The notes beneath the pieces were generated by a model. The model worked only from the letters and a program-made list of their open reading frames with translations, searched no databases and was not told the DNA's origin. A DNA stretch of 64,000 nucleotides, taken from the NCBI GenBank assembly GCA_937992195.1, contig CALKKV010000017.1:20086-84085 (forward strand). The letters run 5' to 3'. Positions 28,899 through 39,430 of the stretch are shown here, piece after piece. The translations under genes were made by a program, and so were the position numbers. The stretch comes from an uncultured Gammaproteobacteria bacterium (GTDB taxonomy: Bacteria > Pseudomonadota > Gammaproteobacteria > Arenicellales > Poriferihabitantaceae). The stretch's first letter is position 1. Each line of letters opens with the position of its first letter.

Positions 28899-30617
28899 AT
28901 GCGCACCTCTCAAAATCTCTTAGCCACCCTGAAAGAAGTCCCTGCCGATGCCGAAGTTATCAGCCATCAGCTTATGCTGCGCGCCGGATTAATCAGGCGA
29001 TTGGCCGCAGGTGTTTACAACTGGCTACCGACTGGTATGCGTGTGTTGCACAAAGTGCAACAAATCGTTCGCGAAGAAATGAACCGATCAGGAGCGCAGG
29101 AGGTTTTGTTACCAGGCGTTCATCCTGCTGAACTATGGCAGCAGTCGGGGCGCTGGGAAAAATACGGCCCCGAGCTATTAAGGATTAAGGACCGCCATCA
29201 ACGAGACTTTTGCCTTAGCCCAACCCATGAAGAGGTCATTACACAACTGGTGAAAAATGAAGTTCGCAGCTACCGCCAGCTACCAGCGAACTTTTATCAG
29301 ATTCAAACCAAGTTTCGTGACGAGATACGCCCCCGGTTCGGCATTATGCGCGGGCGAGAATTCATCATGAAGGATGCCTATTCATTCAACATCGATGAAA
29401 AATCTCTGATCGAATCTTATCAACTGATGTACGACACCTATATCGCCATTTTTGATCGACTGAAACTTAACTATCGCGCGGTTGTTGCTGACAATGGCAG
29501 TATCGGCGGTGAAGGTTCTCACGAATTCCATGTGCTGGCAGAATCTGGAGAAGACGCAATTGTGTTTTCTGACAGCAGTGACTACGCCGCCAATCTGGAG
29601 AAGGCGGTTTCAATTCCAACAAAGGAGAGACTTGCGGCTTCTGAAGAGATGCGGCTAGTCGATACACCAAACACCAAAACAATCAAAGCATTAGTCGAAG
29701 GCCATGGCCTGGCAATCGAAAAAACCATTAAAACCCTGGTTGTCCATGCCGCCGAGGACAGCGGGCATCAGCTTGTTGCGCTTCTGATTAGAGGCGATCA
29801 TGAGCTTAATGCGGTCAAAGCTGAAAACCAGCCACTAGTGGCAAAGCCATTAAAGATGGCGGAAGAATCCGAGATTCGAGCCGCAATCGGCGCGGGCCCG
29901 GGCTCTCTTGGTCCAGTAAATTTGCCTATCCCGTGTGTAGTGGATCATGAGGTAGCAGCAATGGCTGATTTTGGTGCTGGCGCCAATATTGAAGACAAGC
30001 ATTACTTTGGTATCAACTGGGAGCGGGATTTACCGATCGAGCACGTCGCTGATTTACGCAATGTTCAGGAGGGCGATCCAAGCCCGGATGGAAACGGCAA
30101 ACTGACCATTGCGAGAGGAATTGAAGTCGGCCATATCTTCCAGCTTGGAACCACATATAGTGAAGCCCTTGGCGCCACTGTTCTTGATGAGAACGGCAAA
30201 GGCGTACCGGTTTTTATGGGTTGTTATGGTATCGGCGTGACTCGGGTTATTGCCGCGGCAATTGAACAAAATCATGATGAAAAGGGCATTATCTGGCCTT
30301 CATCGCTGACCCCGTGGGATGTCGCCATCGTTCCAGTTGGCTATCAAAAATCCGAGAAAGTTCGAGAAACAGCTGATCATCTGCATGATGCATTGGAAGC
30401 TGCTGGAATCGAAGTATTACTCGATGATCGTAACGACCGGCCCGGGGTGATGTTTGCCGATATGGAACTCATCGGCATCCCGCATCGCCTGGTGATTGGC
30501 GATCGCAGTCTTGATAAGGGCGTCGTTGAATACCGAGACAGAGCTACGGGAGAAGAACAGGAGATAGCGGTCGATGAGCTGGTTTCTGTGCTCAAGTCCC
30601 TGGTACAAAACGGCTAA
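28899..30617 (+). CDS. proS: Prolyl-tRNA synthetase with INS editing domain
   Basis: [15 protein letters not shown] editing domain, [17 protein letters not shown]. Confidence 0.99.
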   Translation: MRTSQNLLATLKEVPADAEVISHQLMLRAGLIRRLAAGVYNWLPTGMRVLHKVQQIVREEMNRSGAQEVLLPGVHPAELWQQSGRWEKYGPELLRIKDRHQRDFCLSPTHEEVITQLVKNEVRSYRQLPANFYQIQTKFRDEIRPRFGIMRGREFIMKDAYSFNIDEKSLIESYQLMYDTYIAIFDRLKLNYRAVVADNGSIGGEGSHEFHVLAESGEDAIVFSDSSDYAANLEKAVSIPTKERLAASEEMRLVDTPNTKTIKALVEGHGLAIEKTIKTLVVHAAEDSGHQLVALLIRGDHELNAVKAENQPLVAKPLKMAEESEIRAAIGAGPGSLGPVNLPIPCVVDHEVAAMADFGAGANIEDKHYFGINWERDLPIEHVADLRNVQEGDPSPDGNGKLTIARGIEVGHIFQLGTTYSEALGATVLDENGKGVPVFMGCYGIGVTRVIAAAIEQNHDEKGIIWPSSLTPWDVAIVPVGYQKSEKVRETADHLHDALEAAGIEVLLDDRNDRPGVMFADMELIGIPHRLVIGDRSLDKGVVEYRDRATGEEQEIAVDELVSVLKSLVQNG

Positions 30618-30851
30618 TTACCACTTTTGCAGTAAATACTTTAGAAAAGAGCCCTAATTTTGTGATAGTGGTGCAAAAAAAAGGTGTTATATTCCGAAAT
30701 AGCAATGGGAATACCCATTGTATTCGCGGAAAGACGTTTCTAGCGATGTTGGTTATAAGAATTACATTGTTATTCGTTTCATCCACTTTAAGCTCTAGTA
30801 AGGATCGTTAAGAAACTTCAGAGAGTGTTTTTGCAACAAGAGGTAAAGAGT

Positions 30852-31064
30852 ATGTCAGGTGAGTTGATCAACGGAACCGTTAAATGGTTCAACGACTCCA
30901 AGGGCTTCGGATTCATCGAAAGGGAAGGCGGCGCAGATGTGTTTGTTCACTACCGCGCGATTAACGGTCAGGGTCGAAAGACCTTGCGTGATGGACAGCA
31001 GGTTACTTTTGAAGTTACTGAAAGTCCAAAAGGACCGCAGGCGGAAAACGTTACCGGACTCTAG
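30852..31064 (+). CDS. Cold-shock protein (CspA family); ATG 30852 after GAGG
   Basis: [29 protein letters not shown]; long AT-rich upstream leader. Confidence 0.96.
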   Translation: MSGELINGTVKWFNDSKGFGFIEREGGADVFVHYRAINGQGRKTLRDGQQVTFEVTESPKGPQAENVTGL

Positions 31065-31072
31065 TCCAATTC

Positions 31073-31105
31073 TGCCTGGCTGTAGCTTTGTACTACAGCC
31101 AGGCA
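31073..31105 (+). terminator. Strong hairpin after csp
   Basis: TGCCTGGCTGTAG / CTACAGCCAGGCA, perfect 13-bp stem; poor U tail. Confidence 0.65.
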
Positions 31106-31267
31106 TATTGACTACTCCTGCCGGGCTCTTATGATTGAAGTCTCGGTAGCTGAAATCGAATAGGCGCAGCATATTCTTAAGGCTGCAGTTATTCGGTAGC
31201 ACTCTCGTGCGCTCAAGTTATACCATCGAACACCACTTTTTGAATTTTCTCCAAACTCATTGGAATA

Positions 31268-32113
31268 ATGGATATTTCATACGGCGTTCTCGACTACAAC
31301 CCCGACTCTGACCCCGCAGCGTTCCAGTTGCTATCGCAGTGCCTGCAGTCTCTTGCAGAAAATCGAGATCCTCATTTTCAATCCGAGGTATTTGTCATTG
31401 AGCAAGGGAATCTGGATTCGGAATACTGCAAGCGGGTTGCATCGCTGTGCCGAAAATACCGGTTTGAATTTTTATCTCTGGGGTCCAACGTCGGCATCAG
31501 CCGAGGCATCAATTATATTTATCAGCTGGCTAGGGGCAGTGTTGTCAGCCTGGTTACTTCTGATGTTGTTTTTCACAAAGATACGGACCGGGTTCTAATC
31601 AATGAACTGGACCAACATCCCAAGCTTTATCAGGTTACTCCCTGTGTTAACGCCAGCTCTCTTCCCTACCAAACGAGCGACGGGGTGACGGGGGCTGGAC
31701 TTACTCGATGTATCGCCAACGAACTGACCGTGCAGTTTTGGCGCAGCGAAGCGTTTGAGGAAATTGGCTTTTGGGATGAACGCTGGAAGGCCTGTTACGA
31801 AAACAACGACTGGACTTTACGGTTGTTTCTGGCCGGATTTGATACTGCTATTAGCTTCAATTGTTTCTGCTATCATGACCATAACACCACCTCAAAAAAC
31901 GGCGCGATCAAACAATCTTACGATGGTTATCTGGAAATGAAAGGTGGCCTCGATCATCGCGTTCTGAGAGACATGTGGAACCAAAAATGGCAGGGCCTTA
32001 ACTGGAACTTTATGTATAACCCGGGACGCTTAAATGACGACGTTCGAGCTGAAATGGCAAAGCAGTTCAAGCAGAATATCTGGCTGGACCGTATTCAAGA
32101 CGTTGCATACTAG
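31268..32113 (+). CDS. Glycosyltransferase family 2-like protein, divergent
   Basis: NVGISRGIN, EIGFWDERW, YENNDWTLRL; TSD at the DxD position. Confidence 0.75.
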   Translation: MDISYGVLDYNPDSDPAAFQLLSQCLQSLAENRDPHFQSEVFVIEQGNLDSEYCKRVASLCRKYRFEFLSLGSNVGISRGINYIYQLARGSVVSLVTSDVVFHKDTDRVLINELDQHPKLYQVTPCVNASSLPYQTSDGVTGAGLTRCIANELTVQFWRSEAFEEIGFWDERWKACYENNDWTLRLFLAGFDTAISFNCFCYHDHNTTSKNGAIKQSYDGYLEMKGGLDHRVLRDMWNQKWQGLNWNFMYNPGRLNDDVRAEMAKQFKQNIWLDRIQDVAY

Positions 32114-32237
32114 TAAGCTTCTTATTAAAACTGTGGTAAACACACATACCTAACAGCTCCAGCGGTGTATACAGCACTCTATGAGGTTGTAGAACAATTT
32201 TCCTTCCCATTTCTTTACTTTGAATCACTAACTAATT

Positions 32238-32852
32238 ATGCAAATCAATCTGGCAGGTCTGAAAGCTGCAGATGTTTACTTCACTCTGACCCAAACGGTA
32301 ATTCCGAGACCCATCGCCTGGGTGCTGACCGAAAACAAGGATAGCAGCCTGAATCTCGCACCCTTTTCATATTTCAACGCGGTTGCTAGTGATCCGCCAC
32401 TGATTATGTTTTCTATTGGTCTACAACCAAATGGCACCAAAAAAGATACGTTGATAAACATCGAGGAGCGTGGCCACTTTGTTGTGAACATTGCCAGTGT
32501 GCAACAGCTTCCAGCCCTCAACCAAACCTCGGCAACCCTGCCGTATGGCGCTTCGGAAGTAGAGAAAAACGCCATTAAAACAGAAGCTCTGGAGGGATTT
32601 GCGCTACCACGAGTCGCAGAATGTAAATTAGCAATGAGCTGCAATACTTATGAACTCAAAACTATTGGTAATAACAATCAATCTTTGGTGTTTGGTGAAG
32701 TTCAGTCGATTTGGATTGATGACGACTGTGCCGAAGTTAACGAAAAGGGCCGACTCAAAATCAGCGCTAAAAATATCGAGCCCTTGGCAAGACTTGGGGC
32801 GGGGGAGTATGCATCGTTTGGGGAAATCCTGACCGCAGTGCGCCCTGATTAA
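32238..32852 (+). CDS. Flavin reductase-like (flavoredoxin) protein
   Basis: PRPIAWV, NLAPFSYFN, KKDTLINI, PLARLG. Confidence 0.9.
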   Translation: MQINLAGLKAADVYFTLTQTVIPRPIAWVLTENKDSSLNLAPFSYFNAVASDPPLIMFSIGLQPNGTKKDTLINIEERGHFVVNIASVQQLPALNQTSATLPYGASEVEKNAIKTEALEGFALPRVAECKLAMSCNTYELKTIGNNNQSLVFGEVQSIWIDDDCAEVNEKGRLKISAKNIEPLARLGAGEYASFGEILTAVRPD

Positions 32853-32879
32853 CGTTAAAGTTTTAACATAACTATACTG

Positions 32880-34202
32880 ATGTCGAATAACGATCGATAC
32901 AATTGGTTTAATACCCACCTGTTTAATGCCATTCCGGCTTCTGCAGTACGGATTTTAGATGTTGGATGTGACACCGGTCTTCTTGGTTTAGAGCTTAAGA
33001 AGCAAAATCCCGATCGTTTTGTATCCGGTGTCGAACTGAATCCAGAAACCGCTGCACTTGCCGAGGAATGTTTGGATGAAGTGCATGTTTTAAATCTCGA
33101 ACACGAGGACGCCGACGCTCTTGGCGACCAATTCGATGCCATCATTCTTGGCGATGTTCTAGAGCACTTGATTAACCCAATTGTGACCCTGAAAAAATTG
33201 CGGGAGTTGCTATCTGATACTGGAGCGATTTACACCTCGATTCCGAATATCCAGCATTACTCTATTTTTCGTCGATTGTTAAAAGGTGATTTCCAATATC
33301 GAGAAACCGGTTTACTGGACTCAACCCATGTTCGTTTTTTCTGTCAGGCAAATATAATCAAGTTAATGCTCGATGCCGGGCTATTGCCTAAACTGGATCA
33401 AAGAATTTTAAAAGATGATGCCCAGCTTGCAGGCGAATTGGGCCCTCTTCTAGTTCGTCTAGGACTATCTAAAGCCGCACTGAAAGACATGGAAACATTC
33501 CAGTATCAGCATATTTGTCATAAGCAGCCGCCCCCAAAGAGCGCTGCAAAAGTACCGCTAAGCTTTGTTGTTCATAGTCAGTTTACCGGAGTACTAAAAG
33601 ACAATTTTTATTCCTCCCCGATCATTCGGTCTAAGCACCCACATCAAATAAGTATCTATAGAAAGCCAATGGCTCTCGTTGACGCATGGAATGAAGGATT
33701 GAGCAAAGCCAAACATGAGTATGTTGTGTTTGTGCGCGAACATATGTACCTCCCGGATCAGTGGGATTTAAGGCTGGCGGACCAAATTGAACATATCAAT
33801 TCAATCTGCGATGGAGACTGGATCGCTGGTGCCGCAGGAGTAAAGCTTAAACAACAAGATAGCTATATCGTTTGCGGTGCTACACTTGTGCCCGGGCAAA
33901 ATACTCTCCCCGACCAAGAACGTTTAAGGGAGGTGGACTTTCTGGATGACAATATTATTGTGATGCCAGCCCGCACTGCTCTTAAGCTGGACCCTAAACT
34001 TGGTGGACATTTGCACGGAACAGACTTGGCGCTAAGAATGCGCGAACAGGGCGGTCGCGTTTTTGCCTTACCTACCCCTTGTTTAGAAAACGGCCCATAC
34101 ACCAATCGTATGCCACCCGGGTTTGAGCAAAGTAAAAAGGCGATAAAGGCAAAGTGGCCATCCGAGCCTGTGATCGCTACGTCACTAGGACCGCTCAGCT
34201 AA
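32880..34202 (+). CDS. Class I SAM methyltransferase fused to a degenerate GT-A-like domain
   Basis: ILDVGCDTG, GDVLEHL, SIPN, GLLDSTHVRFF; C-terminal half AWNEGL...YVVFV...LDD...HGTDLAL. Confidence 0.8.
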   Translation: MSNNDRYNWFNTHLFNAIPASAVRILDVGCDTGLLGLELKKQNPDRFVSGVELNPETAALAEECLDEVHVLNLEHEDADALGDQFDAIILGDVLEHLINPIVTLKKLRELLSDTGAIYTSIPNIQHYSIFRRLLKGDFQYRETGLLDSTHVRFFCQANIIKLMLDAGLLPKLDQRILKDDAQLAGELGPLLVRLGLSKAALKDMETFQYQHICHKQPPPKSAAKVPLSFVVHSQFTGVLKDNFYSSPIIRSKHPHQISIYRKPMALVDAWNEGLSKAKHEYVVFVREHMYLPDQWDLRLADQIEHINSICDGDWIAGAAGVKLKQQDSYIVCGATLVPGQNTLPDQERLREVDFLDDNIIVMPARTALKLDPKLGGHLHGTDLALRMREQGGRVFALPTPCLENGPYTNRMPPGFEQSKKAIKAKWPSEPVIATSLGPLS

Positions 34203-34237
34203 GAAAAGGGCTTCGCCGCTTAGACGGCGAACTTTCT
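34202..34237. terminator. Hairpin between convergent genes
   Basis: TTCGCCG-CTTAGA-CGGCGAA flanked by AGAAAAG and CTTTCT. Confidence 0.55.
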
Positions 34238-34292
34238 AGACGATGTCAATTTCGGATAAGGCTGGCTTTCACCAAAAGCAGTTCTTTTTAGC

Positions 34293-35015
34293 TTAGCCAT
34301 TTGCGACAGCCGCTGAGGAAGTCACATTTTCGTTCTTATCAGAGGCTGTTTTCATTAGTCGGTCGATATGGTCTAGCGTCTTCTCCAAACCGGAGTAATC
34401 CAACAGAACACGGTGAGCCACTCGGTCTTTTACCATCACAATTGACGGGAACCCCTGCACACCTAACTTTCGAACCATTACCATTTCTTCCTGGTGTAAT
34501 ACGCGAAGCGCCTGGCTCTGCATATCCGTAGTGAACTGATTTTTATCCAAGCCAATCTCTTCTGCAATTTCAACCAGTGTAATGATGCTGGAAGGGTTAC
34601 GCGCCTGTGTATAGTAGGCCTTTTGAATGGCTTCGATCATCGAACCTTGCACTTTGGCAGCTTCAGCAGCATTTGTTGATTGGCGACGAGCCGCAATAAC
34701 GGCTCTACAAGCGGGCCAGGTAGAGCGCTTGGGTTCGCACTGAGTCCAAAAATCGAAATTAAATTCAGTGCCTGGAATACGCTGTTTGATCTCTTTCCAG
34801 GTCTCTTGCAAATACTTTTGCATTGATTCCGGCATCGGCTCTTCCGAATCCGGTGCCAGCCCTCCGAGCAGCTCGATCACCTGAATTTTGGAGGCGTATT
34901 TATGCTGAATAGATTTCTTAAGCAGTTTCCACGCAGGCGAAAACCCCCAGCACCAGCTGCACATCGGATCGTGCGCATAATAAATTATCGGCTTGTCGCT
35001 TGCTTCTAATTCCAT
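34293..35015 (-). CDS. DsbA-family (thioredoxin-fold) cytoplasmic protein
   Basis: DPMCSWCWGF, STWPACRAV, GVQGFPS. Confidence 0.9.
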   Translation of the reverse strand: MELEASDKPIIYYAHDPMCSWCWGFSPAWKLLKKSIQHKYASKIQVIELLGGLAPDSEEPMPESMQKYLQETWKEIKQRIPGTEFNFDFWTQCEPKRSTWPACRAVIAARRQSTNAAEAAKVQGSMIEAIQKAYYTQARNPSSIITLVEIAEEIGLDKNQFTTDMQSQALRVLHQEEMVMVRKLGVQGFPSIVMVKDRVAHRVLLDYSGLEKTLDHIDRLMKTASDKNENVTSSAAVANG

Positions 35016-35348
35016 CTTGGTAAACCCCTTTTCGGCTAGTGTTAATCATCTTTGGCCAAAGTCCTCCACTCCCGCCAAGCCCTACTATATCAAATTTATA
35101 GCAATCTCAGCGACCTCCACTGACATCTAAAAGTGCGCCATTGCAATAGGAAGACTGGTCAGACAACAACCAGATGACTGAATCCGCCACCTCGCCCGCC
35201 TCTCCACCCTATCAGTTTCACCACCGGTCACAATGATTAATGGTTTTTCTAACTGGGTCAGGTATTCCGCTCGTTGTTCATTTGCTGTTCATAAACAGTT
35301 CAGATGATCCGAATATACTCAGGATGTTCCCACTATTCTTTATTAGTC

Positions 35349-35798
35349 ATGCTACAAACCCGTGTTTTTCATCCTAAGAGACCGCTTTCTGCACTGTTTA
35401 TACTTTGTCTCAGCATATTATTTTCTGGCAATGCACTTGCTCAGTCATCCAGCGTAGAGGTTGAAGAAATCGAGGTGACTCCCGCAGGTTCAGAATCCGC
35501 TGCTTCCACTCTTTGGAAAGAAACCAAGCAAAAAACAGGTGAAGCCGCTAGCAGTGCTGCGAATTTTTCTGAAGTTCAAGGTTCAAAAGCCTTGGAAGCC
35601 ACTAAAACAGGTGCAGCAAAAGGCGCTGATGCTGTTGCCAAAGGATCGGTCAAGGCATGGGAGGCGACCAAAAGCGCGACCAAGTCTGCTGCAGAATATA
35701 CCGGTGAAAAAGCATCTCAAGCAGGTGCGATCATCGCTGGCGCTGTTAAAGGCAGCGATAAAAAACCACCTGTCGTAGACAAAAGTATCGCCGAATAA
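35349..35798 (+). CDS. Secreted Ala/Lys-rich protein with amphipathic repeats (LEA/apolipoprotein-like)
   Basis: Signal peptide ending ALA-Q; KALEATK and KAWEATK recur 22 aa apart. Start (35349 or 35304) uncertain. Confidence 0.7.
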   Translation: MLQTRVFHPKRPLSALFILCLSILFSGNALAQSSSVEVEEIEVTPAGSESAASTLWKETKQKTGEAASSAANFSEVQGSKALEATKTGAAKGADAVAKGSVKAWEATKSATKSAAEYTGEKASQAGAIIAGAVKGSDKKPPVVDKSIAE

Positions 35799-35803
35799 AA
35801 TCG

Positions 35804-36373
35804 CTAAACTGGTTTTTTAGCAATGATGTAGCTACTAGTACCTGATTCATCTACACAAGATATTGAAAGCGCTGCAAACGCATTTTCAAGTTCATAAGGC
35901 TTGAGAACGAAGTCGGGGTTGAAGCCCGGCTTTTGTTTTAAATGATTGGTGTTAAATGTCTTGTAGAAAAGCGTAGCGCCCGGTGCAAGCGCATCAATCA
36001 ATTGCGGAAAGAGTTCTCGGTTGAGGTAACGCACGACCGAAATCAAATCAAATGCGGCTTTTGGCAAACACGCCTTTTCTAAATCCATAACTAACGGATA
36101 TACCGGCAAAGCAAGTTTATCTGCAGCTGACTTGCAGATTCGAAGGCCTTCAATAGATCCATCGACCGAAACCATAGAATATCCAAGCGATGCCAGATAA
36201 AGGCTCGCACCCCCCTTTCCACACGCGAGATCCAAACCGATTGCATTATTACTCGGCCGCTGCCGAAACACCGAATCGTTCGGTTGGGCAATCCATTCCG
36301 CTTCTGGCTGAGGAGAAACCGCTCTCTCTGCGGCCGCATAGCGACGGTTCCAACGGGCAATATCCGGATTCAA
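35804..36373 (-). CDS. Class I SAM methyltransferase, TehB-like; TTG start just after moeA
   Basis: RWNRRY, LDLACGKG, FDLISVVRYLNR, LAPGA. Confidence 0.85.
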   Translation of the reverse strand: MNPDIARWNRRYAAAERAVSPQPEAEWIAQPNDSVFRQRPSNNAIGLDLACGKGGASLYLASLGYSMVSVDGSIEGLRICKSAADKLALPVYPLVMDLEKACLPKAAFDLISVVRYLNRELFPQLIDALAPGATLFYKTFNTNHLKQKPGFNPDFVLKPYELENAFAALSISCVDESGTSSYIIAKKPV

Positions 36374-36380
36374 AGAACCG

Positions 36381-37652
36381 TCACGCAAATTGGCTGAATG
36401 GCTGAACCTGCACCATATCACCCGGCTCCGCACCCTCACTATCTGCCGACAAAATAATAAAACAGTTCGCAACGCTCATCGAATGCAAAATACCGGATCC
36501 TTGCTCCCCTGTAGAGGACACCGTAGTGTTTCCGTCAGCATCACGACTTAAGATACCGCGTTGATACTCCACTCTTCCCGCGCGCTTTTTTAGTTGCGAA
36601 GTAAGCGGCACCTCGAGTTTAAGAACCGGGGCATTTTTCTCACCGGCAAGTTTACGTAACGCCTCGCGAACAAAAATCTGGTAGGTCACCATCACAGACA
36701 CAGGGTTTCCAGGCAATCCAAAAAACAAACTGTCACGCACCTTACCAAAGGAAAGCGGCCGCCCTGGTTTTATCGCAACCTTCCAAAAGTTAACCGCTCC
36801 TATCTCATCCAGTGTTTGTTTCACATAGTCAGCATCACCAACAGATGCTCCGGCTGAGGTAATCACCACATCAGCGCAACTCGCTGCACTTTCAAAACCT
36901 TGTTTAATTGCCTCTGGATCATCCCTCACAATCCCAAGATCAATTAACTCAACATTGTCCTCACTCAACATACCAAACAAGGTATATCGATTGGAATCGT
37001 AAAGGTCGCCAATCTCAAGCGCCTCTCCAACAGAACGCAGCTCATCCCCGGTAGAGAAAAAAGCGACTCTGGGACGCCTTAAAACAGGCAACTCGGAAAA
37101 GCCTAACGACGCTGCTAGCCCGAGGTGAGCTGGGCCGATACGGCTGCCTGCAGCAATCGCTACATCACCCGGCGTGAGGTCTTCCCCTGCCTGGCGCACA
37201 TTAGCACCCACTATTTCCTCCGACGAAATCATCACCTGATCACCTTCACGGCTGACCCGCTCCTGGGTGACAACGGTATCGCAGCCTTCAGGCATCACGG
37301 CGCCAGTCATAATTCTTACGCACTGCTCTGCATCGACGCGGCCATCAAAAGGGCGGCCTGCAAACGATATGCCTGCTACCTTGAATTGAGCAGAGCCTGT
37401 TTTGGGTATTGCAGCACCAGAAATCGCATAGCCATCCATTGCCGAATTGGTATGGTTAGGCACATTCACTCTGCTTTTTATATCCTCTGAAGTCACCCGC
37501 CCTAATGCAGCACGAATGGCGATGGTTTCTCTCTGTGGTATTGGTTGAACACTTTCAAGAATGCGCATCAGTGCGGCATCTGCAGAAATCGAACCGGGGT
37601 CAAAGTCGCAGTTGATATCCTGTTTTAGTTCTTTATTTGAAGCGGCTGTCAT
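36381..37652 (-). CDS. moeA: Molybdopterin molybdotransferase; start moved to MTAAS
   Basis: SAMDGYA, RIMTGA, STGDEL, DSN, IKPGRP, LPGNPVS. Confidence 0.97.
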   Translation of the reverse strand: MTAASNKELKQDINCDFDPGSISADAALMRILESVQPIPQRETIAIRAALGRVTSEDIKSRVNVPNHTNSAMDGYAISGAAIPKTGSAQFKVAGISFAGRPFDGRVDAEQCVRIMTGAVMPEGCDTVVTQERVSREGDQVMISSEEIVGANVRQAGEDLTPGDVAIAAGSRIGPAHLGLAASLGFSELPVLRRPRVAFFSTGDELRSVGEALEIGDLYDSNRYTLFGMLSEDNVELIDLGIVRDDPEAIKQGFESAASCADVVITSAGASVGDADYVKQTLDEIGAVNFWKVAIKPGRPLSFGKVRDSLFFGLPGNPVSVMVTYQIFVREALRKLAGEKNAPVLKLEVPLTSQLKKRAGRVEYQRGILSRDADGNTTVSSTGEQGSGILHSMSVANCFIILSADSEGAEPGDMVQVQPFSQFA

Positions 37653-37662
37653 GGTCAAACCC

Positions 37663-38154
37663 CTATATGTCTTTTCGGTTCCACTCGCCTGATTTGCCAC
37701 CAGACTTGTGAATCAATCGCACACCGTGGATTTCCATTCCCCGATCTACTGCCTTACACATATCGTATATCGTCAACAGAGCAACCTGCAGCGCAGTAAG
37801 TGCTTCCATTTCAACCCCTGTTCGTTCTGCAGTTTCACTGGCGACTTCGCAACGCACAGAGTGACTTGACTCTTCTATCTCCATATCGATTGTGACGCTG
37901 GTTAGCATCAAAGGATGACATAGCGGTATTAGTTCAGCAGTTTTCTTGGCTGCCATGATACCGGCAATACGCGCGACAGAAAGCACATCCCCTTTTTTGT
38001 GATCACCCTTTTGAATCATGGTTAGGGTTTCAGGTTGCATAGCAATCCAACCCTCGGCCACGGCACGGCGCCGGGTAATCGATTTTTCACCCACATCCAC
38101 CATATGCACGTTTCCCTTCTCATTAAAGTGGGTTAAGTTGTTTGCTTCAGTCAT
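37663..38154 (-). CDS. moaC: Cyclic pyranopterin monophosphate synthase
   Basis: [36 protein letters not shown]. Confidence 0.98.
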   Translation of the reverse strand: MTEANNLTHFNEKGNVHMVDVGEKSITRRRAVAEGWIAMQPETLTMIQKGDHKKGDVLSVARIAGIMAAKKTAELIPLCHPLMLTSVTIDMEIEESSHSVRCEVASETAERTGVEMEALTALQVALLTIYDMCKAVDRGMEIHGVRLIHKSGGKSGEWNRKDI

Positions 38155-38260
38155 TGTGCTATCGAACGGGTTGTTGGAGCATGATATTGTAAGGCACGAA
38201 CGGAAGAAGTCACTGTTCTATCTAACTTCTTAATAATCGCTTCAATTTAATCGGTACACG

Positions 38261-39430
38261 ATGCAGGATCATTCCATAGTCTTCTCGATCTTCCTGATCT
38301 TTTCCGGTGCCGCATTGCTTGCAACTATAGCGCTTTATCTGCGACAGGCTATGTTAATCGCTTATCTTGTGCTGGGGGTATTGCTTGGACCCTGGGGGCT
38401 CAAGCTGGTAACCGATCCGGCACTGATCCAAGACATTGCTGAAATAGGAATTATATTTTTGCTGTTCTTACTCGGGCTGAACCTTTCGCCGCAAAAGCTT
38501 CTGCACCTTCTTAGAGAAACAACAATGGTGACCCTGTTTTGCACACTTGCATTTAGTAGTGCTGCAGGATTACTTGCATGGGCATTCGGCTATTCGCTGC
38601 CGGATATCTTGCTGATCGGTATAGCCTGCTCGTTCTCCAGCACTATCGTAGGTTTAAAGCTGTTACCAACCACCGTTCTGCACCATAAACATACTGGCGA
38701 GGTCATTATAAGCGTACTGCTGCTGCAGGATTTAATCGCAATTGTCACTATGTTGGTGTTGCAAGGCATTGGTAAAGAAGGGCTACCGTTACTTGAAATC
38801 GCACTACTGTTTGTCAGCCTGCCGGCTGTTTGTGCAGTTGCTTGGTTTGGGCAAAAGTGGGTTTTACTGCCGCTGTTCCGAAAATTTGACCGTATCCAGG
38901 AATACGTTTTCTTGCTTTCTATTGGCTGGTGTCTTGGTATCGCACAACTGTCTGCAACTCTCGGCTTGTCCTATGAGATCGGTGCATTTATCGCCGGAAT
39001 CACGATTGCCACAAGCCCGTTAGCGGTATTTATTGCCGAAAGCCTGAAACCATTACGGGATTTCTTTTTGGTCATGTTTTTCTTTGGACTAGGCGCAAAC
39101 TTTGACATCAGTGCAGCGCCAGATGTGCTGTTACCAGCCGTAATTCTCGGCGTGGGTTTGCTTTTGTTTAAGCCGTTGGTGTTTCGTTATGCTCTGGTAG
39201 GACAGGCAGAAAGCAACAAGCTTGCCTGGGAAACCGGTATCAGGTTGGGGCAGCTCAGCGAGTTTTCACTGCTAATCGTTTTTGTCGCAGTCAGCCATCA
39301 ACTGATATCTGATCAGGCGGCGACCTTGATTCAAATCGCTACCATCATCAGTTTTATTTTCTCGGCCTGGTATATTGTTTTAAAGTTTCCAACGCCAATT
39401 GCGTTAAACGACAAACTGAGAAGAGATTAA
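38261..39430 (+). CDS. Cation:proton antiporter, CPA2/Kef-type membrane domain only
   Basis: About 12 hydrophobic segments, FSST, LLLQD, GAFIAG, QLSEFS. Confidence 0.9.
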   Translation: MQDHSIVFSIFLIFSGAALLATIALYLRQAMLIAYLVLGVLLGPWGLKLVTDPALIQDIAEIGIIFLLFLLGLNLSPQKLLHLLRETTMVTLFCTLAFSSAAGLLAWAFGYSLPDILLIGIACSFSSTIVGLKLLPTTVLHHKHTGEVIISVLLLQDLIAIVTMLVLQGIGKEGLPLLEIALLFVSLPAVCAVAWFGQKWVLLPLFRKFDRIQEYVFLLSIGWCLGIAQLSATLGLSYEIGAFIAGITIATSPLAVFIAESLKPLRDFFLVMFFFGLGANFDISAAPDVLLPAVILGVGLLLFKPLVFRYALVGQAESNKLAWETGIRLGQLSEFSLLIVFVAVSHQLISDQAATLIQIATIISFIFSAWYIVLKFPTPIALNDKLRRD

